This document shows positions 49,857 through 61,590 of a DNA stretch of 64,000 nucleotides, one piece after another. Each line of letters begins with the position of its first letter. The first letter of the stretch is position 1. The stretch spans positions 40,178,001 to 40,242,000 of the forward strand of contig NW_024704742.1 in assembly GCF_018977255.1 (NCBI RefSeq). Direction: 5' to 3'. This DNA is from Callorhinchus milii (Eukaryota). The notes under the pieces are model-generated. The model made no database searches, was not told where the DNA came from, and saw only the letters and a program-made list of their open reading frames with translations. Both the position numbers and the translations under genes were made by a program.

Positions 49857-51289
49857 TAATCGATAAATAAACTGGCACGTTTTACACTGCTTGAATAGAG
49901 ATATTTATTTTAGCTCCAAGTGTAAAATGCAGCCACACAAAAAAAAGACACGTCTTGACCTCTGTTGAGGTTTTAAGCTTATAATAATCTGAATGAGGGT
50001 ATGAAAATCTCATTCATTTGCCATTCAAGTCATTTGAACATCTTTGTAATGTTTTGAGATGTGCGATTGGGTGTTGCTTTCAAAACCATTGCAAGTTGTC
50101 AATGGAGAAAGGTCAGGAGGGAGATTCGTCAACATGAAGAGTGACACATTGCCCATGCCCACTTAGGCATTGTTCTATTTGTCAGAGGAACATACGTGCA
50201 AAGAGCACTATTTTTGAACCCAAATGAATGCCTGTCACTCCCAATGAGTGATGCTTGGTAAAACTGAGTGCAAAGGTATTTGACGAGGGAAAATGTGCAT
50301 TGCAGAGAGAAGGTGCACATGTGCAGAAAGTGAATTAAAAATCTATTCACATAGATGTATTGCGGCAACATCCTGCCTACCAGCAGTGTCAGGATAAAAG
50401 ATTCAGAGAAGCATAAAGTCAGGCAGCTTGTTTTCATTCATTTTGGATAACATGAGCGATATTGATGGAGTCAGCACACTGTGAATGATTAATACCTTGA
50501 GATTTCAGCAGTGTCTTGCAACAAATATATAGGTGAAATTTGATTTATTCGTAACTGGCTCTTTATCATAAGCAACACATTGTGAAACATCCCAAATTTT
50601 GTCTCAAGAAACTCTAATTTGCTAGTCACTGACTTGTGAAATCCCTGGTTATACTGCTGATGCTCTGCTAAAGTAGCTGTGAACATAGCTGCTTTTTGTC
50701 TTGTGGTTTATTCCTGGCGTCTAGGTGCAGACCAAAAGAATGAGAAAGGAAACCCAGAACAACATTTTAAGATACGCCAAGATGACAGAACAGGAAGGCT
50801 CAAGTTCACTGTAATAAAGGGCAATTTTAGTACAGACACCAGAAAATATTTCTTCACCCAAACTTGTTGGGCTGAATGGCCTGTTTTGGTGCTTAATTGT
50901 TCCTTCTCCTCATGGGTTGTTTGTGTGACTTCTGATGTAAAATGGCCGCAGTGTTTGCACACAAGTCACTACACTTGTCCATAATTATTGTAAAGTACTC
51001 TTAGATGTTTCACCCTAACGTGCTATAAAAGGGAACTTATTTTCCCTTCTTTCTTAAACTCTGTTTTTAACTCGTCTCCACACAATCACAGGCTGACTGA
51101 AATAACAAGCTTAAACTGTAACACTCACCAGTTTGCAGTGCTTAAGATATAATATATAGTCATACAGGGTGTGTGTTAGATGAGATAAAAGTAAAGAATG
51201 CAGAGTTTGTGCTAAATTTAATTGAGGTGAAAGGCCTGCCAGGAATTTGTGGTCTAAAAGGCTCATTATATTTTGTGATTTGATTTTGA

Positions 51290-51672
51290 TAATCCTTGCA
51301 TTTGACATAGCTCCTTCTCATGTTGAAATGTCTCAAAATGCTTCACATTATTTTTCTGTAGAGTGAGGTGACTGTGTATTTGTAGGTGAATATGGCACAA
51401 CTGTGCCCCCCAGACATCCATGAAGTGAATGGCCAATTTTCTCTCTGGGGATTTGTTGGTCAGGCCACCAGGAGAAACTCTTTTCTCTTTGAAATAGTGC
51501 CATGGGATCTTTAATGTCCTGAACAGATAAATGGGATCTTGGTTTAAAAATCCCTCCAGCACTGCATTGGACTGTCAGACTAGACTATAAGCTCAAATTC
51601 CCAATTTGGGGCTTGAACCCACAACTTTCTGACTCAGAGGTAAAAGAGCTACCAACTGAGACAAGGTGGCAC
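51290..51672 (-). mobile_element. Deu-domain SINE (SacSINE1/AmnSINE1-like), near full length
   Basis: tRNA-like head (ctcagttggtagctc...gttgtgggttcaagccc), then core aaagatcccatggcactatttcaaagag...gagtttctcctggtg typical of the Deu domain. Confidence 0.75.
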
Positions 51673-53399
51673 CTCATTCAAAATCCGCAACAGGACATGA
51701 AACATAATCCGGGCTGACACTCCAGTGGAGTATTGGGGAAGTGATACTTTGTCGGTAGTACCTATCGATTTACCTGGCAAACACTCGATGCGATTTTTAT
51801 CAGGATATTTCATGGTTCATTTGGAGTTACAAGAAATAGTGGGTGTGATTTTATAAGCGGAAACTACCAGCAGAAAGAGGAGTCCAGAACTGCTGAATTT
51901 CCTATTTTATTAGTCGTCAGTCAGCACAATTCTGTCACTTAACATATTGATACTTACCCCTACCAGCATGTATATGGTTAGTCAGAAAAGCTACAGCTTC
52001 CTCCCTATGACCTATTCTTATCTACATATTCAAACAAATAGCTTTAAGTGAACATCCAATTCTGAGCATGACTTTATTTAAACAAACATAAATAGCACCA
52101 TACAAACGGCTTTCACAACATACGCAATCCAGAAAGACAATGGAGAGAACAAATATTTTCTGTGCAAAGATAGATTTGTACTCATTTCGCAAGACTACAA
52201 CTTTTTTAAAAAAATATATAATTCGAGGGCCTCAGGCACACTAATCATTGCTCATAACACTGGTGGCTTCTGTACTTGACTTGTCTGTTCAGCATATTAC
52301 TTTGCACATTGTCAGTATTAATCCTCCAGTCAAGGCGTGGCTCAACTCTCTTGAGAAGTAGTCGGTGTTCTTATGTGCCGGTTATTGCTGTCAAACAGGG
52401 TGGAAAAGGTGTTTTGAAAGAGCTCTTTTAAATATTTATTTGGCAGCTTAACAGTACAAGTATATTCAGAATCCTATCTGACATTTTTGCATTCAATCGA
52501 TCGCTTGCATGAAATGTTAAACCGAGGTCCTGCCTGTTTCAGGTGGGGCTAACGTTCCTACGAGACTATTTGAAAAGAGAAGGGAGGTTCTCATGGTCTC
52601 CTGGCCAACAATTCTCCAGACAAAGACATTGGCCATCACCCCAGGGCTGTTTGTGTGGATCTTGCAAATGGCTGCTGTGGTTTGCTTACAAAAAGGGCAC
52701 AATAAAAGTGAAAACTCTTTCTTTCCAACCCGAATCAAGTATATTTTGCTTGCCTGAGAAAAATACAACTTTTTAACTCATTGTATGCTGCATTATTTTG
52801 TGTCTTTCCAGCATTTGGAAGAATGAGATGTTTCTTAAACACAGAAACTCATACATTAACCTCCCAAATATCTCTCAAATCTTGCACCTGGGCTCTTGTT
52901 GATTCTGATTTTCTGATGTGATTTTCACAAAACTACCCCACTGGGCCAGGCTTCAATACTCCAATTTCCTGCTCACCAAACTCTACAGCTCTACAACATG
53001 AGCTGTAGGCGATCCAGAACTCTGCAGTCCATGTCCTCACACCCCAGTCTATGGGAGTTATCACCCCATCTCACCTGGCTCCATTGGCTTCCCATCCCTC
53101 AAGCCCATTGAATTTAAGTTTCTAATCACTACAGTTAAGGGCTTCTATGGCCTCGCCCTACCCTACCTCTTTGAAATCCTGTGACCCCACTGCCCCAGCC
53201 ATTCCCCTGCTTCATGTCCAACATCTGCTCTATCATTGTGGGCAAGCTTTCAGCCATCCTGCCATTGCTCTAAAATTCCATCAAAGTCCCTCCGCCTCGC
53301 CCCCTCCCTCAAAAGCTTCACCCACCTCCCCCCGACCGATCTCTTGGAGTGTACTTTGGGCAACCTTTCCCCTCCCCTCCTTAGCCCCTTATCCTCCTT

Positions 53400-54000
53400 G
53401 GGGGAGAGGTAAGTGGGGTCTCCTTGGAGCTCAACTAACTCCAAGGTGACATGCCTGGCATTGGAATGTTGGAATTGAGCCGCCTTCTGTGCAGCCTCAG
53501 TTCCTGAGCCAGGCGGATACAAGTATTCCAGGACCTGATGGTGTCAGCACAGCCAGCCTGGATCATCAGCAAGACCTGGAAGGGCAGAGCAGTCACAGGA
53601 AATCATCCCACTCAGCTCCTGTTAACCCTGCAAGCCAAAGCCCTAATGGGTAGGGTGGTCCCAGCTGGATAAGCAGCGGGAAATCTTGCCAGACAGCGAT
53701 ATCAATGGCAAGCAATGCGTTTATAGCTGATTAGACTCCAGCAGTACCCCAACGCACACTCTGGGGTCACCAAGCCTTGGATCTTGGCAACCTGAGCCTA
53801 ATACTTTCCGAAATTATGTAAGCAGGATGAGTCCCTCCATAAAGAGAGTACATTCCATTTGAACAATCTATCTCTGGAGGGTGGGATGCATGAAAGTCTC
53901 AGCTTGGTATGGATATTGATGATAGCACAGCTATCTCATCGGTAGCTCATCGGTAGGATGGTGGTGGGTTTCCACATGTGCCAGACACCCTGCTGACTGC
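53400..54000. repeat. Unclassified dispersed repeat (family X), second long copy
   Basis: Shares ctccaaggtgacatg, ttcctgagccaggcgg, ctcctgttaaccctgcaagcc and ctggggtc.ccaagcctt with 32762-33325. Confidence 0.75.
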
Positions 54001-54909
54001 CACCACCCTGCCTCAAAAATTCTTAGCCCCTTAGGGACGTCTTGAAGACATGATAAGGCGCTATATCAAATGCAAGGATTATTATTATTATTATCCCAGC
54101 CAGTTGTGTGAACTGCTTTGAGATGCTCTCTGAACATGAAAGGAACCATATAAATCTAAATTGTTGTTGTTAATCTCATTTTTCCCACTCTATGCATTTT
54201 ATACCCCATTTTTTCAATTACAGGTATCTATTTTCATTTTAAACATCTCAGTTAATTCTACCTCTATGGCCTTCTGGGTCAACTCATTCCGCATTCTCAC
54301 AACCTTTTGTCTCACAAATTCCATTGTTCCACTTTCCTAACTCCTTTTGCTGTTATCTTCCAGTGGGTGGCAATATAACCATCCTATTTGTGAAAGGCTT
54401 CTGCTTGGTGCAATAGCAACCAGCAAGCGATCAATTTCCTGAGAGTGCCCATATGGATAGTGATAGCTTACAGCTTGTGTGGACAGAAAAGGCCAAGGGT
54501 AACCAAGGACACATCAGTGGAATTATCACTTCACGCCTGAAGTACCATCTTTAGATAAGCAACAGGGGAATGTGTAAATAAAAGGAACTCTTGCAAACAA
54601 CACTGTTTTTTTTCTCTGAAAATTAAATGCCCTTCCTTTATGAACAAGTCAGGAGTCTCAGTCTCAGGAGCCTCGTCACTGTCTGTGTGGTTATGGTAAT
54701 AGTTGTAATTAAAAGAAGAATCCAAATGAAAGGTGTGGTAGTTTTGTGAATTAATATTCCGTGCCATTCGTTCACGGACACTGGTTAAAGTCCCCCGATG
54801 CTGATTCTCTGATCCCATCCACTCTGCATATGAGAGCACGGGGCCAGAGATTAGTTATCTCTCATTGGGGAGAGAAAAAATATCAGATGCCTTGTCTCTG
54901 ACATAGCTG

Positions 54910-55020
54910 CTGTCACGTGCATCCTGAGAACAGGTCAAGAGTTCTACTTTCAAGGTCACGGACGCAGACCCAGATAGTTGTATAAATAGGCTAGTGAGGA
55001 TTCGGCAATTCACTGGAAAG
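54910..55020 (+). promoter_or_regulatory. Candidate TATA-Inr core promoter
   Basis: GTCACGTG (54912), TCAAGGTCA (54950), TATAAATA (54981), and initiator-like TTCACT with its A at 55012, 31 nt after the TATA start. Confidence 0.35.
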
Positions 55021-57685
55021 AATCTCACCATTTAGAAAAGAAAATGACCCTAATATGCAGTGTTTCTTAACCCATTCTTTGTTTTAATTAGCACAAGGAA
55101 TGAACATCAAAGAACATGGCAGATCTGTTCCTTAACTCACAATGGTGAGTTCATTCCCCCGCCCCCAATTACTTGTGTTCTTTAATCCCCATTCTACATG
55201 TTAATTAATGAAAGAACAGGATAGGAAACAATGTAAACTTTACCCCTTAAAAATATTACATTGAGGGGAGTGGCTCCGTAAGGAACATGTATATGTCGTA
55301 TTGATCAAAACTGCACTGGGTGTAAACTGGCCTTTGCCGTGTGCACTTTAAGTGTCCAATTTCTGCAGCATAGATATTTTCTAACTTTGGGTAAATCACA
55401 AGTGGTAGAAAATGAATAGAGCACAGCAGTATATTGAAGTCGCTGGTTTTTCTTTCTCTGATTCTGATTCTTGGCTCATTGTGTCTCACTGTGGCTGTCC
55501 CAATAGGCAAGAATTGGAGAACTCACAGCACACACTTGTTTTGTTATTATTGTCTGAGTTTCTATCAAACTCGTCTATTCCCCTCATTGTATAAAAGCCT
55601 GGATAGAGCTATCTAAGTTTATAGCACAGAAGATGGACATTTAACCCATTGTGTCCATGATGCCTCTATGAAAGAACAATCCATTCAGTCCTATTTACTG
55701 GCCTTTTCTCTGGATCTTTGCAGCTCATGTCCCCATGTCCCCATGAGCATGATCCTATAGAATCTTTAACATCCACCTGAACAGGCAGACAGGACCATAG
55801 TTTAACATGTCTCAATGCAAAGTTAAAAGTTCAGCTCAGAATGTTATACCGTAGTATTACCACAGTTAATTAGCATCAATGTGGTTTGACTTAATAATAA
55901 TACCTACATTTGATATAGTGTCTTTCATACGGAAGAATGGCTCAAAGCATTCAACAGGAATTACTGTAAAGTGTAGTGATTGTATACTTTTTGTAGGCAA
56001 ATGCAACAACCACTTTATGTGCTGTGATGTCCCACAAACAGCCAGGCAGGTGAATATTATTTGGAGAATTGTTGGCACCAAGAGAAACTCCTTTCTCTTT
56101 TTGAATAATGTTATGGATTCTTTAACATCCATCTGACCAAATGGAACCTCGGTATAGCATTTTATGTGAGCAACAAGGATATTTCTGAGCTGCAAGTTAT
56201 GAGGAAACTCATGGAGCTGAATTTGTTTTCACTGGAGAAAGGTAGACTGTGTAAGGACACAATCCAGACCTTCAAAATGCTGAGAGGTTTGGATAACATA
56301 AGAAGACTATTTGATTATACTGTGAGCGCAAAACTAGGGAGCATAGGTTTAAAATGAATAGGTCTGAAGTGGGACTGGCGATTAAACCATTTTAGTTATT
56401 TCCCCACATAATAGTGTAGCACACAATCATCAGGATAGTAAAAGGCGAACTAGATGGACCTTGGTCTTTTTTCTAGCAATTTCTATGTTACTATGTTATG
56501 TTACTATATTAGAGATCAAGTAGAAAAAGGTTCTAAGCCTCTAAGGTTTGCAGGAAGAGTACATTTATGATTGACATCTAGCTGTGTTTTGCTCGTAAGA
56601 GTTGTAACTGTCACTGTCTCCCTCACACCCTTCAGTCCCCACTCGCAGCTCGAGTGCCCAGCTGGATGTGTAAAATATTTTATGAGACTCTTGACATGAA
56701 AGGCACTATATAAATACGTATGCTATTCATTTTTCCTGTCCTTGTTATCCGTGTATTGAACTATTCTATGTGCTCTACCCCCCCTCGCTCCCTCCCTTCC
56801 CTCCCCCTGACCATTTTCCCCCTGTTCGGATCCCGACCCAACTGTCCAGCGCCTTGGGACATCCTCCCGACGTGAAAGGCGCTCTATAAATGCAATCTTG
56901 TTGTTGTTGTTGCATGTCAAATTATGAGGCTAACAACAATTTGGTTCCCAAACAAAAAGTAGTTTGAGGAAGTAACAGTGGGAAACCTATTGACAATCTT
57001 GAAATCCTGTGAGAACTTACTTTTATTTCTTCACTTTCAATTCTAGGTGATTATTGAAAGCATGCTTGATCCTTTATGAATTCCAGCCTTCTCTCCCCAC
57101 TCCCATTCATTTATATACCCAAATGACTACAAGGAGAAAGCAATTCTCTCAGGAACAGGTTTCTTTTCAGATTATTGTGTCAAATAATCCAATGCAATCA
57201 TATGACTTTTTGACCTTTTTGTCCGATGAACTCTATATCTGAGGTTTACTGAACCATACTTTGTGTAACGTACAGTGTATTAATTAAGGGGTCCTATTTG
57301 GAAAAACACATGACTTAAATGCACTATTTGACTTACACTTTGAGTCAAAATGTTAACTGAGGTTAAAAGAAAATTAAATTAAGAGATTTTTTAGTTAAAA
57401 AATGTTTTTTTATCCCAACAGGAAAGAATGGTTTAAAGATCAACATTGGCAAATGTATAAGAAAATGTAACAGAATACTGCAAATGATTTTCCAGATTTC
57501 TTAATGGATTTTTAATTACAATAAAATTGACCAAATACTATTTCAAGCACTAGGCCAGAACAACCCAATATAGTTGACCAAGGCTATGTCTATTGCCTTC
57601 TTTTTGGTCAGCCAGGTGTCTGACATAGGTGAAAACTCGTCCCCATGCTTAAGTATGGTGCAAGCCAATTTGATAACAACTTTTA

Positions 57686-57968
57686 ATAATAATAATAATC
57701 CTTTCATTTGATATGTCTCAAAGCGCTTCACAGAATATGCTGTAAAGTGAATCGACTGTATATTTGTGGGCAAAACACGGCAGCCAATTGTGCACAGCAG
57801 CGTCCCACAAACAGTCGTGGATTGAAAATGACCAATTTTTGTTTTGGAGGGATAATTATTAGGGATGTGGAGTAAGGAAACTTGCCCAAGGTTTCACCCT
57901 GCCTGGAATCAAACCCAGGTGTCTCACTTGCAAGGCGAGTGCTCTAACCACTGAGGTGCAGGTCTCTA
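57686..57968 (-). mobile_element. tRNA-derived SINE, internally deleted
   Basis: Reverse complement of the 4762 family. Confidence 0.85.
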
Positions 57969-58749
57969 CATAAAAGAGAGAAGTAGATAATTATTTGGGG
58001 AGGACAGGTTTGCAGGGCTATGGGAGAGCACGGGAGCTCTTTTCAATGAGCTGGCACAGACACGATGGGCCGAATGGCCTCCTTCTGTGCTGTATAATTC
58101 TAGGATTCTATGGAAATTGAATCACCCACAAGGAAATTGTCCTGTGTCTGAAAGGAAGCACCCAAGCAAGATGCACCCTGACTACCTATTTCCAGAAAAT
58201 ACTAAAACTGCATTAGCCATAGGTTGACAATAGTCAAGGCTTGGGAACCCCAGAGTGTGTGTGTCGTTACTGCTGGAGCTTAACCAGCTAAAAACACATA
58301 GCTTGCTACCCTGAAAATTGTCTGACAACCTTCCAGCTGCTTGTCCTACGACAATCACCTTACCTATTGGGGTTTCGGCTTGCAGGGTTAATAGGAGCCA
58401 AGTGGCCCTCCAAGTCTGCAGGTAGGCCAGGCTAGCTGATTTGTCATTCTCAGAGCCTCAAAGTACTATGGACCTGACTGGCTCAGAAATCAGATCTTAG
58501 AGATCACCGCAGAAGGTTGACTTGATTCCAACATGTCACCTTGGAGTCAGCTTAGCCCCACAGAGACAACTGCTTTATCCCAGAAGGAAGATAATGTATT
58601 GAACTGTGACAGAGATCCCTGCGATTCACACACAGCTTTGTTGATTATGGATTACTCTGCTTTCTTCATTCAGAATTAAACATAGTATTGAAGACATTTA
58701 TTTTTTGAATGTTTAATTTAGGATTAGGTGAATATTCGGGAGGACTGTA

Positions 58750-59017
58750 GACTTACAGCACAGAAGTAGGCCACTCAATCTATTGTGCCTGTGCCTGCTC
58801 TCTGAAAGAACTGTTCATTTAATTTCACTCCCTCGTCCTTTCCCCATAGACTTAGCTTTTTATTGTTCAAAGATTTATTTAATTCCCTTTTAAAAGATAT
58901 TATGAATTCTGCTTTAACAACCATTTTTGGTAGAGCATTCCATGTCCCAATAATTCTGTGCATAAAAAATTCTCCTAACTGTCTCCCTAATGATTTTAAA
59001 TTTATGTATTCTTGTTA
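58750..59017 (-). mobile_element. CR1-clade LINE 3' end, inverted partner of 59483-59696
   Basis: WNALPKMVVKAE..ISFKRELNK remnant and tggcctacttctgtgctg terminus. Confidence 0.85.
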
Positions 59018-59279
59018 TGAAGGAACAACTACAGGACAACGTGAGATGAGAAGGAAGAATATGGAGAATGAGGAGATGTACACCAAATGGGAAAAATTTA
59101 AAAGGAATGGGAGAGCAGAGAGATCTAATGGTTCGCAATACACAAATAATAATCCTTGCATTTGATATTGTGCCTTACTATGTCATCAAGACATTTCAAA
59201 GTGCCTCACAGGATATACTGTAAAATATTGTTACTGAGTGTGTTTTGTGGGTGGATGTGGCAGCCAATTTGCGCACAGC

Positions 59280-59697
59280 GGAGGATACAGAGGAGATTCA
59301 CTGGGATAATACCAGGAATAAGAGGCGTTACTTATGTGGAAACATCAGATAAACTGGGGCTATTTTCACAAGAACAGAGAAGTTTGAATGGCGACCTAAC
59401 ACAGCTGTTTAACATTATGAGATGTTTTGATAAGACAAAGAAGGAGAAACTATTCCCACTGGTCAGTGAGTTGGTAACTTGGTAACAAGAAGACATAAAT
59501 TTAAAAGTATTACAAAAAAAAAGGGAGACAGTTAGGAGAATTCTATTATGCACAGGATTATTGGGAGATGGAATGCTCTACCAAAAATGGGTGTTAAACC
59601 AAAATTCATAATAACTTTTAAAAGGGAATTAGATAAATATTTGAACAATAAAAAGCTAAGTCTATGGGGAAAGAACAAAGGAGCGAAATTAAATGAG
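59280..59697 (+). mobile_element. CR1-clade LINE fragment
   Basis: RIQRRFTGIIPGIRG...LGLFSQEQRSLNGDLTQLFNIMR, the CR1 ORF2 C-terminus. Confidence 0.85.
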
Positions 59698-60639
59698 TTT
59701 TATTGATGCATTTTATTTGGTTATTTTTGCTTAGCAATAGTTTTTTCACATTTTCCCGGCTTTCAATGTTGGCTGCAGAAAAACAGGGCCAAAGAGGTGG
59801 AATAAGCTAATAGGAGCAGGTTGTCAGATTGATGATCTGCCGTACAATTTTCGATTTGTGTAACACAGCGGAGATATTCTTATTATAAAGTTCAGCCAAA
59901 GGTTGGTTTCAATTCCACACTTTTTTTAACGTTTAAAGCCAATGCACCAGTTGGACCGAGCTGTCGTCCTCTCCTCAGCAGGCCTCCTCCCTCCAGTCAA
60001 GTCATCAAATGCCTTTTAGACAGTCCAACAACGAGGTTTCAGACCTTTTGATTCCACCAGCAGGCCTGAGTCAGCAGAAACATAATCAAGGGACAATGCT
60101 GGCTGGTCTTTCGATCACCCTGCTTCCCCCGTTTGCCCTCCACTCTCTCCGATCCCGACCCCCAGCTCGGGTCCGAAACTCTGATTGCCCAGCGCCTTGG
60201 GACGTCCTCCCGATGTGAAAGGCGCTATACAAATGTAATTTTGTTGTTGTTGGTGGTGAAGGAGCTTTGTAGTTGAATTCATAGCAGTGAACTGTTTCAC
60301 AGAAAGGTCCTAAGGTAACAAAAAACAGATTTATCACTGTATTGATAGAGATCAGACAAGAAGTATCTATGCAACTGTCTGAAAGTCCACTGGTAAACCA
60401 TTTAACTACATAGACAGGGTCAAAATTGTGGTTTTCCTAGACACATTCCAATCCTTAATTATCATTGGGGATAATTAAAGAACATTTTACTGTCTGGAAA
60501 TCGTCCTTCATGACATGTTTGTGACTAAACATGCTTCTCATTTTAAGAGAATGTTTTCTTCCTTGAGTTTCTCACAGTCAATTTGGCACCATATCTCTAA
60601 ACAATTTTAGCAAGAGAGAAAGTATTTTGTACAGTAAAA

Positions 60640-61035
60640 ATAATAAATTTTGCATTTTATATAACACCCAATCATATCGCCAAAATATCTCAAAGTGCTC
60701 CATGGGACTGTGTACTTATAGGCGGATGCAGCAGAACCGTTTATGCTCAACAATGTCCCACAAATAGCCATAAAGTGAATGACTATTTTTATCTGTGAGA
60801 CAGTTGACCAGGAAGCTGGTAGAAACTCCCTTCTCTATTCGGATAGTGCCACAGAATCTTTAAATTCCACCTGAACAGGCAGACAGGAGTTAACGTCTTA
60901 TTTGAAGGATGGCACCTCTGATAATGGAGCACTCTCCCAGAACTGCATTAAAATGCCAGCCCTGACTGCGAGTTGAAACTACAGCCTTCATGACTTCTGA
61001 GATGGGAATGCTACCAACTGAAGCAGGCTGATACC
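60640..61035 (-). mobile_element. Deu-domain SINE
   Basis: Core ccacctgaacaggcagac...gaaggatggcacctc...gcactc; same family as 51290. Further fragments at about 14400-14575, 21341-21565, 28995-29268, 45995-46262, 48330-48645, 52495-52700 and 55750-56155. Confidence 0.75.
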
Positions 61036-61219
61036 TAATTTTATTCTAGAACATCTTTTTAACATTACTTTTTTACTTTTAAAATTATTTTTAGATCAGT
61101 ATCTGGCAAAGATGTGCAAAATATGCCATCCTCCTGAGCTGATGAAAGAATTCTTAATCTAGGTGTTTTGACATGAAAGGTGTTATAATCTTCTTGACTG
61201 ATCTTGGGGAAAATACAAT

Positions 61220-61590
61220 GCAATTACAATTTACATCTACATATCAACTTTCACATTGGAAGGATGTCTCAAAATGCTTCACAAAGCTGCCTGAGCACTT
61301 GAGCTGGGGAATGGGAGTGGGGCAGGAGTGCTGAGGAGGTTAAGGTGAGAAAGATGAGATAGCTATTAAGGCGGGTTTTGATGTGGGGAGGGAGGGGGTG
61401 AGACTCCAGGATGGAATTCCAGAGAGCCGGGCAAATAGTTAATAGTTCACCCATTGATGGTGAGGTGGATCAGGTGGGGGACATGAACCAGGCTGGTGTT
61501 TGCTGAGTGGAGGGAGCAGCTAGGTAGGTAGGGTTGCTTGAGGTTACAGAGGTAGGGTGGAGTGAGGCTGTGGAGGGATTTGAATATTGC
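61220..61590 (-). mobile_element. Degenerate L2 3' fragment
   Basis: Similar to the other L2 3' ends (PALWNSILES..., aatgtaaattgtaattg tail). Confidence 0.65.
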
